Source of the DNA: Nannocystis bainbridge
Lineage (GTDB): Bacteria; Myxococcota_A; Polyangia; Nannocystales; Nannocystaceae
NCBI RefSeq assembly: GCF_028368995.1
Contig: NZ_JAQNDL010000003.1
Span: 1,184,001 to 1,248,000, forward strand
DNA length: 64,000 bases
Direction: 5' to 3'
The translations under genes were made by a program, and so were the position numbers. Position 1 is the stretch's first letter. Every line of letters starts with the position of its first letter. Of the stretch, positions 40,006-50,660 are shown in pieces. The notes under the pieces are model-generated. The model ran no database searches and was not told the DNA's origin. It saw nothing but the letters and a program-made list of their open reading frames with translations.

Positions 40006-40623
40006 ATGTCGAGCGCGCGTCCCTGGGTCCTGCTCCTCGCCGTCGGATGTGGTCCCGGCGGCTCCGGCTCGACCGGCTCCGGGAGCGATGGCACCACCGG
40101 CAGCAGCTCCACCACGGCCGAGACCCCCACGAGCAGCGCTTCGACGGTCTCCCCCGACCTCCCGCCGCCGGTGGCGTGCGCCGGTGGCGGCGACGTCATC
40201 GAGCAGCTCACCTTCGAGGCGGCGACCTTCGTCGTCCACGGTCAGGCCGTCGATACCTCGCTCGACGCCGCGATCGCCTCTGTCGTCCATCAGCCGTGCA
40301 TGGTCGTCACCCAGAGCTCGATCGAGGTGACCGTCGGCTTCGGACCGATCCTCGGCGCCGACACCGAGAGCTTGTTGCAGTTCTCCTTCATCAACCAGTC
40401 GGGCGAGGTCGACCTCGCCATGGGTGGCGACATACGGTACTTGTGGGACGATGGCCCGGTCACGCGTGTGTTCGATTTCCTGGACCCGCCGGCCAGCGGT
40501 ACGGCGAGCGTGACGGCCGCGCCTGCACCCGGCGATCCCTTCAGCGTTCACCTCCAGGGCCAGGTCGGGACGCCGCCCGAGGAGTGGACGTTCGAATTCA
40601 CGATCGACGCCGTGCGGCCCTGA
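40006..40623 (+). CDS. Lipoprotein
   Basis: Lipobox AVGC, Ser/Thr stalk, beta-rich domain. Confidence 0.75.
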   Translation: MSSARPWVLLLAVGCGPGGSGSTGSGSDGTTGSSSTTAETPTSSASTVSPDLPPPVACAGGGDVIEQLTFEAATFVVHGQAVDTSLDAAIASVVHQPCMVVTQSSIEVTVGFGPILGADTESLLQFSFINQSGEVDLAMGGDIRYLWDDGPVTRVFDFLDPPASGTASVTAAPAPGDPFSVHLQGQVGTPPEEWTFEFTIDAVRP

Positions 40624-40651
40624 GCCGGCGTCTGTTCGCCAGGATGAGGCG

Positions 40652-41449
40652 ATGAATGACCTCTGGCCTTCGCTGATCGCCCTCATCGGCGCTCGCCGTC
40701 CCGACTTCCTCGCGACGGTGGAGGGTGCCGACAGGGCCGAGCTCGCGCGCTGGGAGGCGCGGTTCGGCCTCACGCTCCCCCGTCTCTACGTCGACCTGAT
40801 GCGCACGATGGGCCGGAGCAGCGGGGAGTTCAACCCGCTCGGGGCCTATGAGCACAGGCTCGATCCTCTCGCGGAGCAATGGGCGTGGATGGCGGACGAG
40901 GAACCTGCCCCCTATCCACGAGACCAGTACTTCCTCGTCGGCTTCGAGCCCGACCCGAGCGCCATCTCGCCCTTCGAGCTGTTCCTCGACCTGAGCCGCG
41001 GCGACGGAGTGGACGCGGCCCTCGTCGAGATGGGCAGCAACGGCGTCTACGAGGCCGATGCCCGCCACGACGTCGGCCAGACCCTCGGGGAGCTGCTGGC
41101 CGAGCAGGCCTTGACGTGCTTCGAGTTGAGCGCCTGGCCGGAGCGCAGCCGCCTCTTGATCTTCGGAGACGAGCCGAGCCTGCCGTCGATCAAAGCGGAA
41201 GTCGTCCAGCAGCTCCGTGACATGGGCGGGAGCCTCGTCCTGCCCGACCTCGCGGGCGTCACGTGCCTCCGGCTCGCGGGCACGAGCGTCCTGGTGAGCC
41301 TCGGGGCCAGGCAGGGCCCGGTGGCGGTCGCTATCGCAGGGAACGCGCGCGAGCCCATGGTCGCGCTGCAGGACCGGCTGCGCGCGAGCTGGCCACGATC
41401 GACCCCGTGGTCGATGCCGGGGGATGACGCGCGCCGGACGGCGCGGTGA
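40652..41449 (+). CDS. SMI1/KNR4 (SUKH)-family protein
   Basis: GADRAELARWEARFGLTLPRLYVDLMRTMG. Confidence 0.75.
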   Translation: MNDLWPSLIALIGARRPDFLATVEGADRAELARWEARFGLTLPRLYVDLMRTMGRSSGEFNPLGAYEHRLDPLAEQWAWMADEEPAPYPRDQYFLVGFEPDPSAISPFELFLDLSRGDGVDAALVEMGSNGVYEADARHDVGQTLGELLAEQALTCFELSAWPERSRLLIFGDEPSLPSIKAEVVQQLRDMGGSLVLPDLAGVTCLRLAGTSVLVSLGARQGPVAVAIAGNAREPMVALQDRLRASWPRSTPWSMPGDDARRTAR

Positions 41450-41558
41450 ACTCGAGCGGGCCGACGACGCCACCTCTCCATGACGGTCGCGCCGGCCGGC
41501 GGCTGCAGCGGCGACCTCGTCGAACGCCAGCAGAGGCGCGACCTGCTACAGTCGATGC

Positions 41559-42647
41559 ATGCTCGATCCTTATCGCTTGTTCCTCGGCTCGATCCTCCTC
41601 GCTCTCGGCTCCGGCTGCGGCTCCGAGGGCCAGGCCTGCATGGAGGTCGACCCGTCCGTCGAGCAGTGCCCCGCGCCCAAAGACGTCGACCGCGACGAGC
41701 TGCGGGGCAGCTGCGGCTCCAAGGTGCGCAGGATCCTCGGCGAAGGCGAGCGCGTCGAGAACATCTCCGACTGGGCCTGGGAGGAGAAGGACTACGTGCC
41801 GGGCTGCTGCTATCCGGTCAAGGAGTCCCGGGCCACTTGTGATTACGGGCGGCCGCTGCGGATCGAAGGCGAGCCGGTGCTCGCGGCCACGGTGACGGAC
41901 GCGCGGTGGGCCGCGGCGCTGGCGGTGACGGCCTCGGCGCTGGCGCCGGCGGTGCGCGACGAATTGGTGGTGCGATGGACGCGGGCCGCGCTCGACGAGC
42001 ACGCGTCGGTGGCGGCGTTCAGCCGGGTCGCGCTCGACCTGATGCGTCACGGGGCGCCGCCCGAGCTTATCGAGCAGGCCCACGCCGCGGCGCTCGACGA
42101 GGTGAGGCACGCGCGGCACGGCTTCGCCATCGCCTCGGCCCTCGGCGCCACCCCGGTCGGACCCGGCCCCTTCCCGCTCGGTGCGAGCGTGCCGCTGGCC
42201 CCGGACCTGGTCGCGGTCGCGGTCGAGGCCGCGCTCGACGGTTGCATCGGCGAGACCGTGGCGTCGCTGCTGGCGTGGGAGGCGGCGGCCGTGTGCGAGG
42301 AGCCGGCCATCCGCGAGGTCCTGCGCGGGATCGCCGAGGACGAACAGCGCCACGCGCTGCTCGGCTGGCGCACCGTCGCCTGGGCGCTCCGCCACGGCGG
42401 CCCCGCGGTGCGCACGGCCGTGGCCGAGGTGTTCGCCGCCGCCGCCCGCGAGGGCGTGGCGGTGCCGCTGCCGGGCACGCTCGACGATCCGATGGTGCTC
42501 GCGCGGGTCGGGCTGCTCGACCGCGCGACCTCGCTGCGGCACGCGGCACGCACGCTGCATCAGGTCATCCTGCCGGCGGCCCGCGACCTGCTCGCCGAGC
42601 GGGCGCCGCCGCAGCGGCAGGCGAGCGCGGCGCTGCACTCCGCGTAG
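41559..42647 (+). CDS. Lipoprotein with a ferritin-like diiron domain
   Basis: Lipobox GSGC; DEHASVAAF, DEVRHA, GCIGET, EDEQRHA. Confidence 0.88.
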   Translation: MLDPYRLFLGSILLALGSGCGSEGQACMEVDPSVEQCPAPKDVDRDELRGSCGSKVRRILGEGERVENISDWAWEEKDYVPGCCYPVKESRATCDYGRPLRIEGEPVLAATVTDARWAAALAVTASALAPAVRDELVVRWTRAALDEHASVAAFSRVALDLMRHGAPPELIEQAHAAALDEVRHARHGFAIASALGATPVGPGPFPLGASVPLAPDLVAVAVEAALDGCIGETVASLLAWEAAAVCEEPAIREVLRGIAEDEQRHALLGWRTVAWALRHGGPAVRTAVAEVFAAAAREGVAVPLPGTLDDPMVLARVGLLDRATSLRHAARTLHQVILPAARDLLAERAPPQRQASAALHSA

Positions 42648-42648
42648 G

Positions 42649-42690
42649 TGTACTTCGGGGCATGTCCTGATCGACATGTCCCTCGGGACA
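42649..42690. repeat. Chain of three 14-bp dyads directly after a stop codon
   Basis: tgtac-ttcg-gggca / tgtcc-tgat-cgaca / tgtcc-ctcg-ggaca. Confidence 0.8.
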
Positions 42691-42801
42691 TCATAACGTG
42701 CCGCCGCCGACCTCGCCGGGTCCCCGCGCGCGTCGAGCCGGCGCCGCGAGCCCGGCGCGCGACCTCGACCGTCGCGGCCGATCCTTTTCTCCGCGCGGTG
42801 C

Positions 42802-42841
42802 TGCGACATCGACCCCGGGCGCCTGTCATGTCCACAGGAGG
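42802..42841 (+). promoter_or_regulatory. Putative ECF-type promoter TGCGACA-N15-TGTCATG
   Basis: Matches 38951-38990, including the trailing CAGGAGG. Confidence 0.6.
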
Positions 42842-42916
42842 GCGTTCGCTCGCGCGTGAGGCCCGGGCGCGACCTCCTCCGCGACCCGTCGCGCGCGCGA
42901 CGACCCGAGGTCTCCC

Positions 42917-43342
42917 ATGCCCAGAACCACCGCCCAGCACTCCCCGCCCCGCCTCCCCCGCCCGGTCTCCCGCTTCGCCGTCCTCGTCGGCGCCCTGTGT
43001 CTCTCGGCCTGCGTCGAGGCCGACGAGTTCGAAGATCTCGACGAGCTCGCCGAGGACGAGCTCGCCCTCGCCGCGGACGCCGAGGAGCCCGCCGAAGAGC
43101 CCGCTCCGGCCGCGCCCCTGGTCGGTCCCGACGACCTCCAGGTCAGCGAGGATCCGTCTCTCTACTGCATCCCCAAGGTGTGGAGCACCTGCGGCCCCTA
43201 CCACACGTACGACTGCTGCCCGCCCGACGCGTCTCCCAGCGCGAACTGCCAGTGGCGCTCGTGCCAGCAGCACCTGCAGGACGAGAACTGTGTGATCCAC
43301 TCGACGGGCTACACCGAGAACGTCGGGTGCGGCGTCGGCTGA
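42917..43342 (+). CDS. Small Cys-rich lipoprotein
   Basis: Lipobox LSAC, acidic spacer, eight-Cys C-terminal domain. Confidence 0.8.
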   Translation: MPRTTAQHSPPRLPRPVSRFAVLVGALCLSACVEADEFEDLDELAEDELALAADAEEPAEEPAPAAPLVGPDDLQVSEDPSLYCIPKVWSTCGPYHTYDCCPPDASPSANCQWRSCQQHLQDENCVIHSTGYTENVGCGVG

Positions 43343-43382
43343 GCGACGCCGCGATCACGACCCGACGCGGCCCGCCGCGCGA

Positions 43383-43619
43383 TCACTCCGAGGGTGGGGG
43401 CGGCTGGCACACGAAGCAGCCGCCGCACTCCGCGTGCTGGGTCTTGCTGCCCCACGCGATCTTGTTGTTGCAACAATCGCGGCCGTACTGGCCCACGACC
43501 GTGGTGTGGCTGGCGTCGCCGTAGTACGTGCAGTTGCTGGCCGCGTCCGACGGGGCGGACAGCAGCGCTCCGAGGCCGAGGCAGGCCAGGAACAGGGCGG
43601 TGAGGCTGATCTTGCGCAT
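43383..43619 (-). CDS. Small secreted Cys-rich peptide (DUF6289-like)
   Basis: AAAGGAG RBS, signal peptide, YYGDASHTTVVG..CC..WG motif. Confidence 0.8.
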   Translation of the reverse strand: MRKISLTALFLACLGLGALLSAPSDAASNCTYYGDASHTTVVGQYGRDCCNNKIAWGSKTQHAECGGCFVCQPPPPSE

Positions 43620-43816
43620 GAGGTCGCTCCTTTCGCCGATGCCGGACATGGCGCCCGGCACCTGCATCATTTGCCGGATCGGAGAATAGCGCAACTCGCC
43701 GGCAGCCGGGGCGACTGTTCCTGGGCTCGCCGAACCCCGATCGTGGTCCCCACATCGGGCCTTTTGTCGACAGTGCGGCGAACCCGAACGGGAATCTCCC
43801 ATGCGCACCGCGCCGC

Positions 43817-45367
43817 TCACGGCGAATCGCAGTAGCCCGGCGGCGGTTGCGGCGGGTCGCCCTCCTGGCCGTAGACGAATCGGTGGAACAGCGCCCGCAC
43901 CGGTCCACCTTCGAACCTGCACTCGAGGGAGCGCTCGAATTGTTCGGTCGTCACCGCCTGGCCCGTGTTCGCCGCAAAAAACTCGCGCAGGTGCGCGCGC
44001 AGCTCGGGGAGCCCGACCTCGTTCGCAAGCGTGGTGAGCAGCGACGGCCCGAGCTTGTACGATTCGAGCGGCGTGTCGCGCGACCACAGGTTGTCCGTGG
44101 CGAGGGTGAACGGCGGAGCCTCCAGCGCCAGCGGATCGGCCTCGAACGCCTCCTCGATGGCCCACGTCGTCCAGGACTCGTCGAACCACGCGTCGCGCTG
44201 GCCCAGCGGGCGAGCCGAGCGACCGATCCAGCTGTGGAACACCTCGTGCGAGACGGCGGCCCACGTCGTCACCGTGCCGCCCGGATACTCCATGGCAGCC
44301 TCGCCGGGCGGGGCCACGACCGCGAGGAAGCGATCGCCGTGCGGATAGGGGCCGAGCTCGTCGGCCGCGAATTGCAGCGCCGGCGCCAGCGCGTCAGCCA
44401 CCGCGCTCGCCTCGTCGGTCGCGCCGGGCCACAGCGTGCAGTGCCAGACCAGCGCCTCGATCGCGCCGACGTCAAGCGCCTCGCGCATGACGCTGGCGGT
44501 CGGGCACAGCTGCACCAGCGGGTCCATGCTCGTGATCGCGGGGAAATTCACCGCCCAGCGATCGTCGGCGAGCGCGGTCACCGGCGCGTTGGCGACCACC
44601 TCGTGCGGCGTGTCGCTGTCGACGACGATCTCGAGCTCGAGCGCGTGCACGTCGTATATCAGGTTGGCGGGCACCCACTTCTCGCTGAAGCGACCGCCGA
44701 AATAATCGGCGAGGTGAGTGCCCCATCCGACGGTGTCGCCCGCCCACACGAACGGCCGCGGATCGGCCTCGAACGCCGCCTCCACGTGGTACTCGAGCTC
44801 GAGCCGGTGCTCGCCGCACGGCTCCAGCATGCGGTTGACGACCAGCATCGTCGTCTGCGACGGCGGCATGAACGGGACGATCGCGCCGGCCGGCAGCTCG
44901 ACCCCGTCGAGCACGGCGCGATCGATCGACTGCCGCAGATCGAAGGTCGGCAGGCCGCGCAGCGGTCCGCTGCGAAACTCGAGCGTCGCCCGCCCGAGCA
45001 CCTCCTGCGCCGCCGGGTCGAAGCGCAGCTCGGCCGCGACCTTCACGACGTCGATCGGCACGACCCGCACGTCCGCGACCTCGACCGGGGGCGGCGCGCC
45101 AGGCAGCGCCTCGCAGCTCGGCGGCGGCTCGCCCGTGGTGTCGCCGTCGCTGCCGGTCGTCGGAGGCTCGCCGGTGGTCGGAGGCTCGCCGGTGGTCGTT
45201 CCGGGCTCGGAGGTTGTGGTGGTCCCGCTGGTCCCCGTCGTCGCCGACGCCTCGGTGTCGGTGACCGCGAGCTCGTCCTGGCACGCGCTCGCCAGCAACG
45301 CGGTGGCACATGCAACCGCGCGGAGGGCTGGCGGTCGCGGGGCATGGGTCGCGGGGACGATCGGCAC
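43817..45367 (-). CDS. Lipoprotein with an M1/gluzincin-like peptidase domain (start uncertain)
   Basis: Lipobox ASAC; AMEY, HEVFH...WFDE, downstream Tyr (SYKLG). Confidence 0.85.
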   Translation of the reverse strand: MPIVPATHAPRPPALRAVACATALLASACQDELAVTDTEASATTGTSGTTTTSEPGTTTGEPPTTGEPPTTGSDGDTTGEPPPSCEALPGAPPPVEVADVRVVPIDVVKVAAELRFDPAAQEVLGRATLEFRSGPLRGLPTFDLRQSIDRAVLDGVELPAGAIVPFMPPSQTTMLVVNRMLEPCGEHRLELEYHVEAAFEADPRPFVWAGDTVGWGTHLADYFGGRFSEKWVPANLIYDVHALELEIVVDSDTPHEVVANAPVTALADDRWAVNFPAITSMDPLVQLCPTASVMREALDVGAIEALVWHCTLWPGATDEASAVADALAPALQFAADELGPYPHGDRFLAVVAPPGEAAMEYPGGTVTTWAAVSHEVFHSWIGRSARPLGQRDAWFDESWTTWAIEEAFEADPLALEAPPFTLATDNLWSRDTPLESYKLGPSLLTTLANEVGLPELRAHLREFFAANTGQAVTTEQFERSLECRFEGGPVRALFHRFVYGQEGDPPQPPPGYCDSP

Positions 45368-45708
45368 GCCGCGATCTTCCCCGATCGCGGACGGCTTGTC
45401 GCCGCGCGCTTCGGCGCCGCTCGTGTTCGCGCCGGCCCTCTTTCCATCCGAGGATGTGTCACGAATCATGATTCGCCGCATCGCCATGATTCCCCGTCGG
45501 CGGCGAGCGACGTGGTAGGCACGACAGAGTCGCCTGAATCTCGCCGTCGGTGTCCAGGCTGCTGCCGTCATGGCCGCGGGTGCCACCTTGCCAGAAGCCG
45601 CGTCGGAGTCTCGTCGTCCTGCGCGGTCATGTCGGCCGCGACGGGTGGAGAGCACGTCGACCGGCCGTGCTTCGCTACATGGCCTTTAGACCATGTGACG
45701 GGATTCGT

Positions 45709-48700
45709 TCAGACGTTGAAGTCGATCGCGGCGCCGCAATCCGGGCAGACGTAATTGATCACCCCGGCGACGACCTGGGCGTCGTTGGCCGCGTCCCAGC
45801 ACAGCGCGACGTGACCGGCGGGGCTGACCGCATCGTGCTGATCGTGGTGCCCCGCGTGCACCACGTTGGCCGCCGCGCGGGCGCACACGTTGCGTCGCGC
45901 GGTCCAGCCCTTGGCCTCGTAGAGCGCGATCGCGGGCGGATGGGCGTGCCCGTAGGACGCGAGGTTGTCCGAGCGATACGCGTGCTTGCCCGTCGCGGTG
46001 ACCCCGTAGGAGTAGGCGATCCGCGACCCGGCCGGGAGCCCATGGACGGCGGACGCGTGGGCCCCGGTGCCCGCGAGCACCGCATCCACGCCGAGGGTGA
46101 CCGCCTCGGCGTCGGCGCCCGCGGTCCAGGCGGCGACTCCCTCGGCCGTCCAGCGGGCCGCGTGGACGAGGCAGGTGGCGAGGTTCGGCTGGGCGGCGAA
46201 GCCGGCCGCGGGCCTGTGGGTCAGCGCGGTCGTGACCTCTGCGGCCCGCAGCGGGACGCCTGCGGCCGTCGCCTCGGCCCCGACACCGGCCGCCGCACCC
46301 ACCCCGAGCACCGCCGCACCGGCGATCGCCCCGGCGACCGCCGCATAAGGGAGATACGTGGCCGGCATCCCGTGCGTCACGGCGGCCACGGCGGCGGCGG
46401 CGGCGTTGGCTGTGTTGAGCGCGTCGGCGAGCCCCGCCACTTGCATGACGCCGGCCGCGACCGTCGCCGCATAATTGATACCGCCGGCCTGGCCCACGCA
46501 CCCTCGGGTCTCCTGGGCGACTCGAGGCCCGTTCACGCCGCCCCCGCCGGCCGCGGCCAGCAAGTTCGTCGCGGCGGTGTACACCGCGGCCAGCGGCAAC
46601 GGCGGCGGGCTGGTCTTGGTCAGCCCGAACACGATCAGCATCGACACCGCGACCGCGCGGGCGCCCGTGCCCGCGGCGACGCCCCGAGCCGCCGCGTACG
46701 CCGCGGCCGCGGTCGACAGCGCGATCAGGTCGGCGGTCTGTGCGTCGAAGAGAATGTCTCCGCCGTGACCGGCGGCGTCGGCGGCGACGATCGCAGCGGC
46801 AGCCGCGGCGGCGACGTGGTCGGCCAGCGTGACCGTGGCGCCCGGCGGGGCCGCGTTGCCATGGGCGGCCGCGCAGGCGATGGTGATCGTCCGCTCGAGG
46901 GCGAGGTTCGCCAAATGGGCGTGGTGCGCGGCCACGGCCGCCGCCGAGCCGGGCGCCCACGGGATCCGGACGCGGTCGAGGTAGACGCCGGTCTCGATGA
47001 ACGAGCCGTGGTGCATCGCCCCGAGCCCGACGATCACCGGCGGCTGCACGGCGGCGCAGCTCGGGATCACGTCGAAGTTGGCGTCGCCGGTCAGCAAGAT
47101 GTACCGCTCGCCGAGGTCAATCGGCGCCGCGCCGGCCCGGACCTGGGGGATGTCGCCGGCCCCGGGCGCGGCCCGCAGGCCGCCGACGACCGCCTGCGGC
47201 CAGCAGTCCTGGGAGTCCTGGTCGGGCACGAAGCCGCCGGCGACGCAGTGAGCGACGTGATCCTCGGCCAGGCCGAGGTGATCGGCCATGTATCCGGCGA
47301 AGGCCGCGACCGTGAGCTCGCGGCGCGCTCGCTGGCGCCCGGTCAGCTGATTGGGCAGGTTGTTCAGCGAGTTGTTGGCGCTCGCCGCCGCCTCCAGCGT
47401 CGCCAGGTCCGGCAGCATCGCCGCGCCAGCCAGCGCCACCGCGACGGCCTCGACGGCGAGGCACGCGGCGGAGGCCGCCTGGGCGTCGGTGAGGTGGCTG
47501 CCGAACAGCGACGCGCGCAGGGCGGCGGCGACGCGCGCACAGCGAGCGGTCCGGGGCGCAGTGATCGCGTGACCGAGGTTGTTGAGCTCGCGGCGAGCCC
47601 CGGAGTGACGGCGAGGACGACGGCCGCGGGATCGGGCACCGGCGCGCCGCCGGCGACCTGCGCCACGGCGTCGGCCTCCGCCTGGGTGGCCACCAGCGTG
47701 CAATTGACGGCGGTCAAGCCATTGCCGAAGCGACTGTTGGCCAGCACCGACGCGAGGCAGCGCGCGACGGTCCCGGCGCCCGCGTTGGCGACGGCCGCTC
47801 GCGCCCGCACGGCGAAGGCCGAGGCCGCCGCCGCGACCAGCGCCCCCGGGGGTCCCGCGACCGACCACGGCTGGCCCCCCGGCGTGTCGGGGTTGGCGTT
47901 GCGATCCTTGCAGCACACGTAGACCGCGAGGCCCGAGGAGTTGCGGTCGGGGCCCGCCGGCGCGCCCTGACAGCGCTCGACGAAGCCCCACGGGAAGGCC
48001 ATGTGGCTGGGGTGCCCTGCGGCCCACGTGTAGACCTGTCCGCCCGCGCGCTTGACCTTCCCGGTCACGCAGGTGCCGATATTGCCGGTCCCCTGCCGCG
48101 GCACGATCCAGGTCGCCCGGTAGCACTCGGGGATCTTGGCGTGGAGCATGTAATGGTCTTGATCCCAGTGCGAGAGGATCACGTAGGGATCGTGGCAGAA
48201 GCACAATCGCGGCAGTTCGTCGGGGCCGTCGCCGCGGACCGAGTGGCCGAAATCATAGTAGGCGAGCACCCGCCAATTGGAGTCGACGATCATGTTGCAG
48301 TTGCCCTGCCCGACGTCGACGAGGCCGATGAACGCCTGCTGGCCGCCGCCGACCATCGGGTTGGCCTGACCGGCCGCCGCCATCGGGGCCGCCTTCGGGC
48401 TGCCGACGTAGGCGCGCAGGCGCATCCGCGGGACCTCGTCGTCGTCGGACCCGCCGCCGAGGATGAAGCCGCCTGCGCCGGCGAACGCCGGCACCGGGTG
48501 CAGCCACGGGTGCTCGGCCAGCGACTCGAGCCAGCGGCGCGCCCGCTCGCGCAGGTCGTGGTACGCCTGGCGAAACAAGCCCCAGCCGCCGCCCCCGCCG
48601 CCCCCGCCGAACGTGGGCGGCTCCTCGTCGACGGGCTCCTCCTCGAACTCGATCTCGTCGCCCTCGGGCGCCGGAAAATGCAGCGCCTGGATCACCCCCT

Positions 48701-49367
48701 GCCACGGCTCGGGCAGCACGCGCAGCTGGCGGATCTGCATCGGCTCCGGCGGCGCGATGAACGGCTCGTGGTCGAACAGGCGCACCAGCGTCCCGTAGGC
48801 GTCGTCCCAGTCGTTCGCGTCCTCGGGCGGCCAGATCGTCAGCTCCAGCCACTGCCCGACCTCCGGCACGGCCTCGAGCGTGCGGGCGTCGACGCGCGCC
48901 TCGAACAGACTGTGGACCGGGAGCGAGCTGGTGCCGTCGATGCTGCGATCGACGAACCACCGGCGCACCGCCCCGAGCGCGTAGCGTTGCTCGACGGTGC
49001 CGTGTTCGAACGCGGTCGCGAACGGTCGCCCGGCGAGGAACCCCGCGAGGATCCCCTCCCCGGACAACGTCGGCAGGTTCGCGGTCTCCTCGAGGTCCGA
49101 CAGGTCGAAGTCCGTGGTCTGCAGCTCGGCGTACACCTCCTCCATCCAGCGCTTGTCCAGGCACTCGACCTTGAGGAACCACGGCCCGCCGGGCGGGCCC
49201 TCGAGGTCGCTGACGAACCCGAGCAGGCGCTCCTGGCGGCGGAGGCGATTGATCAGCGCCCCGCGGGCCGCGGCGCGGCGCTCGGCGGCGAGCCGGAAGC
49301 GGCGCTCCCGGGCCTCGGCGAGCCAGCCGCGGGGGTCCTTGGGCGATCGGCGGTCTACCATCTTCAC
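45709..49367 (-). pseudogene. Large ComEC-like MBL-fold hydrolase split by a single-base frameshift near 47600 (true lesion or sequencing error)
   Basis: DVGQG, SHWDQDH and NSSGL in one frame; LLTGDA, HHGS and SYG..YGH in the next; adding one G to the G4 run (C4 at 47598-47601) joins them into about 1217 aa. Confidence 0.85.
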
Positions 49368-50047
49368 GATCCGTGGGCCTCGACGAGCGCGGCGGCGGTG
49401 GCGACATCGAGCTCGCCGCTGACGGGCAGGCCGAGCGCGCGCTGGAAGGCGATCAGCGCGTTCGTGAACGCCTCCTCGCGCCGATCGTGGGCGTCGAGCA
49501 GCTCGAGGTTGACGAGCCGCGCGCGCGCCCCCGCGAGGCTCGACGAGGGGCCGAGGCGCCCGAGCTCGAGCTCGTAGATCTCGGGCTCCGGCGCGAACAG
49601 CTGCTCGCGCCCAGGGTCGACGGTCAGCAGCCCGCGGCGGGCGTCGGCGGGGATCCAGTGCTCCAGATAGCCGTGCTCGTCGGTGGTCCCGCGCAGCTCG
49701 ACCCCCGCGACCTCGAGCAAGTAGTCGACCTTGGCCCGCGGACCTCGCTCGTCCTCGAGGCAGATCCGGAGGCGCTCGGGCACCCCGCGGCGGCGAAACA
49801 CGTGCCGGCGGTCGGTCTCGCAGGCGACCTGGCGCTCCCGCTTGAGCGGCAGCGCGACCCGGTCGCCGGGCAGCAGCAAGTACGGGCTCTCGCGCCCGGC
49901 CGCGAGCTCGGCGTTGTCGCGGTGGGCCCACAGCGTCTGCCAGAAGAACCCCTCGCGCTCGGCGATCGACGCCAGGCACTCGCCCGGCTCGACGACGCGT
50001 CGCCCTGTCCCCAGCGGCGCCCCTGCCGCTCCCTTCCCCCCGCTCAC
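49364..50047 (-). CDS. LysM-like plus peptidoglycan-binding domain protein
   Basis: VVEPGECLASIA..W..N..L..LLPGD; C-terminal ALIAFQRALGLPVSGELD; GTGA overlap with the MBL gene. Confidence 0.85.
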   Translation of the reverse strand: MSGGKGAAGAPLGTGRRVVEPGECLASIAEREGFFWQTLWAHRDNAELAAGRESPYLLLPGDRVALPLKRERQVACETDRRHVFRRRGVPERLRICLEDERGPRAKVDYLLEVAGVELRGTTDEHGYLEHWIPADARRGLLTVDPGREQLFAPEPEIYELELGRLGPSSSLAGARARLVNLELLDAHDRREEAFTNALIAFQRALGLPVSGELDVATAAALVEAHGS

Positions 50048-50366
50048 CCGGTCATCGTGCCAAGCACGCCCGCGGGCAACAAGCCGGCTCGCCCCGACTC
50101 GAGAACGCGCACGCAGGCGCAGCCTCGGTCGCAGTCGCACCCAGGATTCGCGGTGCTCGGGCCGCGACTCACGACGCGTCGCTGCCGATCACCGGCAGGA
50201 TGGAAGCACGCGGTCCTCGACCTGCATCGACCTGGGCCTCGACGCGGCGAGCAGGACACCCGCGGAGCTCAGAGACCTCGCGGACGCGCTGCCACGCCCG
50301 CTGCGCGTCGCGTCCTCCCCGCAGACATCATGAGAATCCGGGACGAGGCGGACGGCGCTCCCGTGC

Positions 50367-50660
50367 TCAAGCGTGCGATCGGTGATACGTCGTCAGCAAC
50401 ACGCCCGCGACCAGGCGGACCGCGTCGCGCGGGCCTCTGGGCGAGATCGTGCTGCAGAGGCGCACGAGCGAGGGTCGGTCGAGCGCCTCGATCCAGGCGC
50501 GTGCCATCGCGCCGAGCTGGACGCGGTCGCTGGTCGGGGCGCATTCGAGGGCGGCGACGGTGACGTTGGCCACCGCCAGCTCCGTGAGCTCGGCGAGTTC
50601 GGCGGGCGTGTCGCAGGCAAGGGCGACAGCGTTCGCTTGAGACGTGTGAAAGGACGCCAT
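50367..50660 (-). CDS. Small hypothetical protein
   Basis: 97-aa ORF with helical, protein-like composition. Confidence 0.45.
   Translation of the reverse strand: MASFHTSQANAVALACDTPAELAELTELAVANVTVAALECAPTSDRVQLGAMARAWIEALDRPSLVRLCSTISPRGPRDAVRLVAGVLLTTYHRSHA

Noticed and set aside
45709-48204. Independent 831-aa gene
   Set aside because: Its first ~200 residues are shadow-like and it carries only the second half of the MBL motifs; better explained as the frameshifted continuation.
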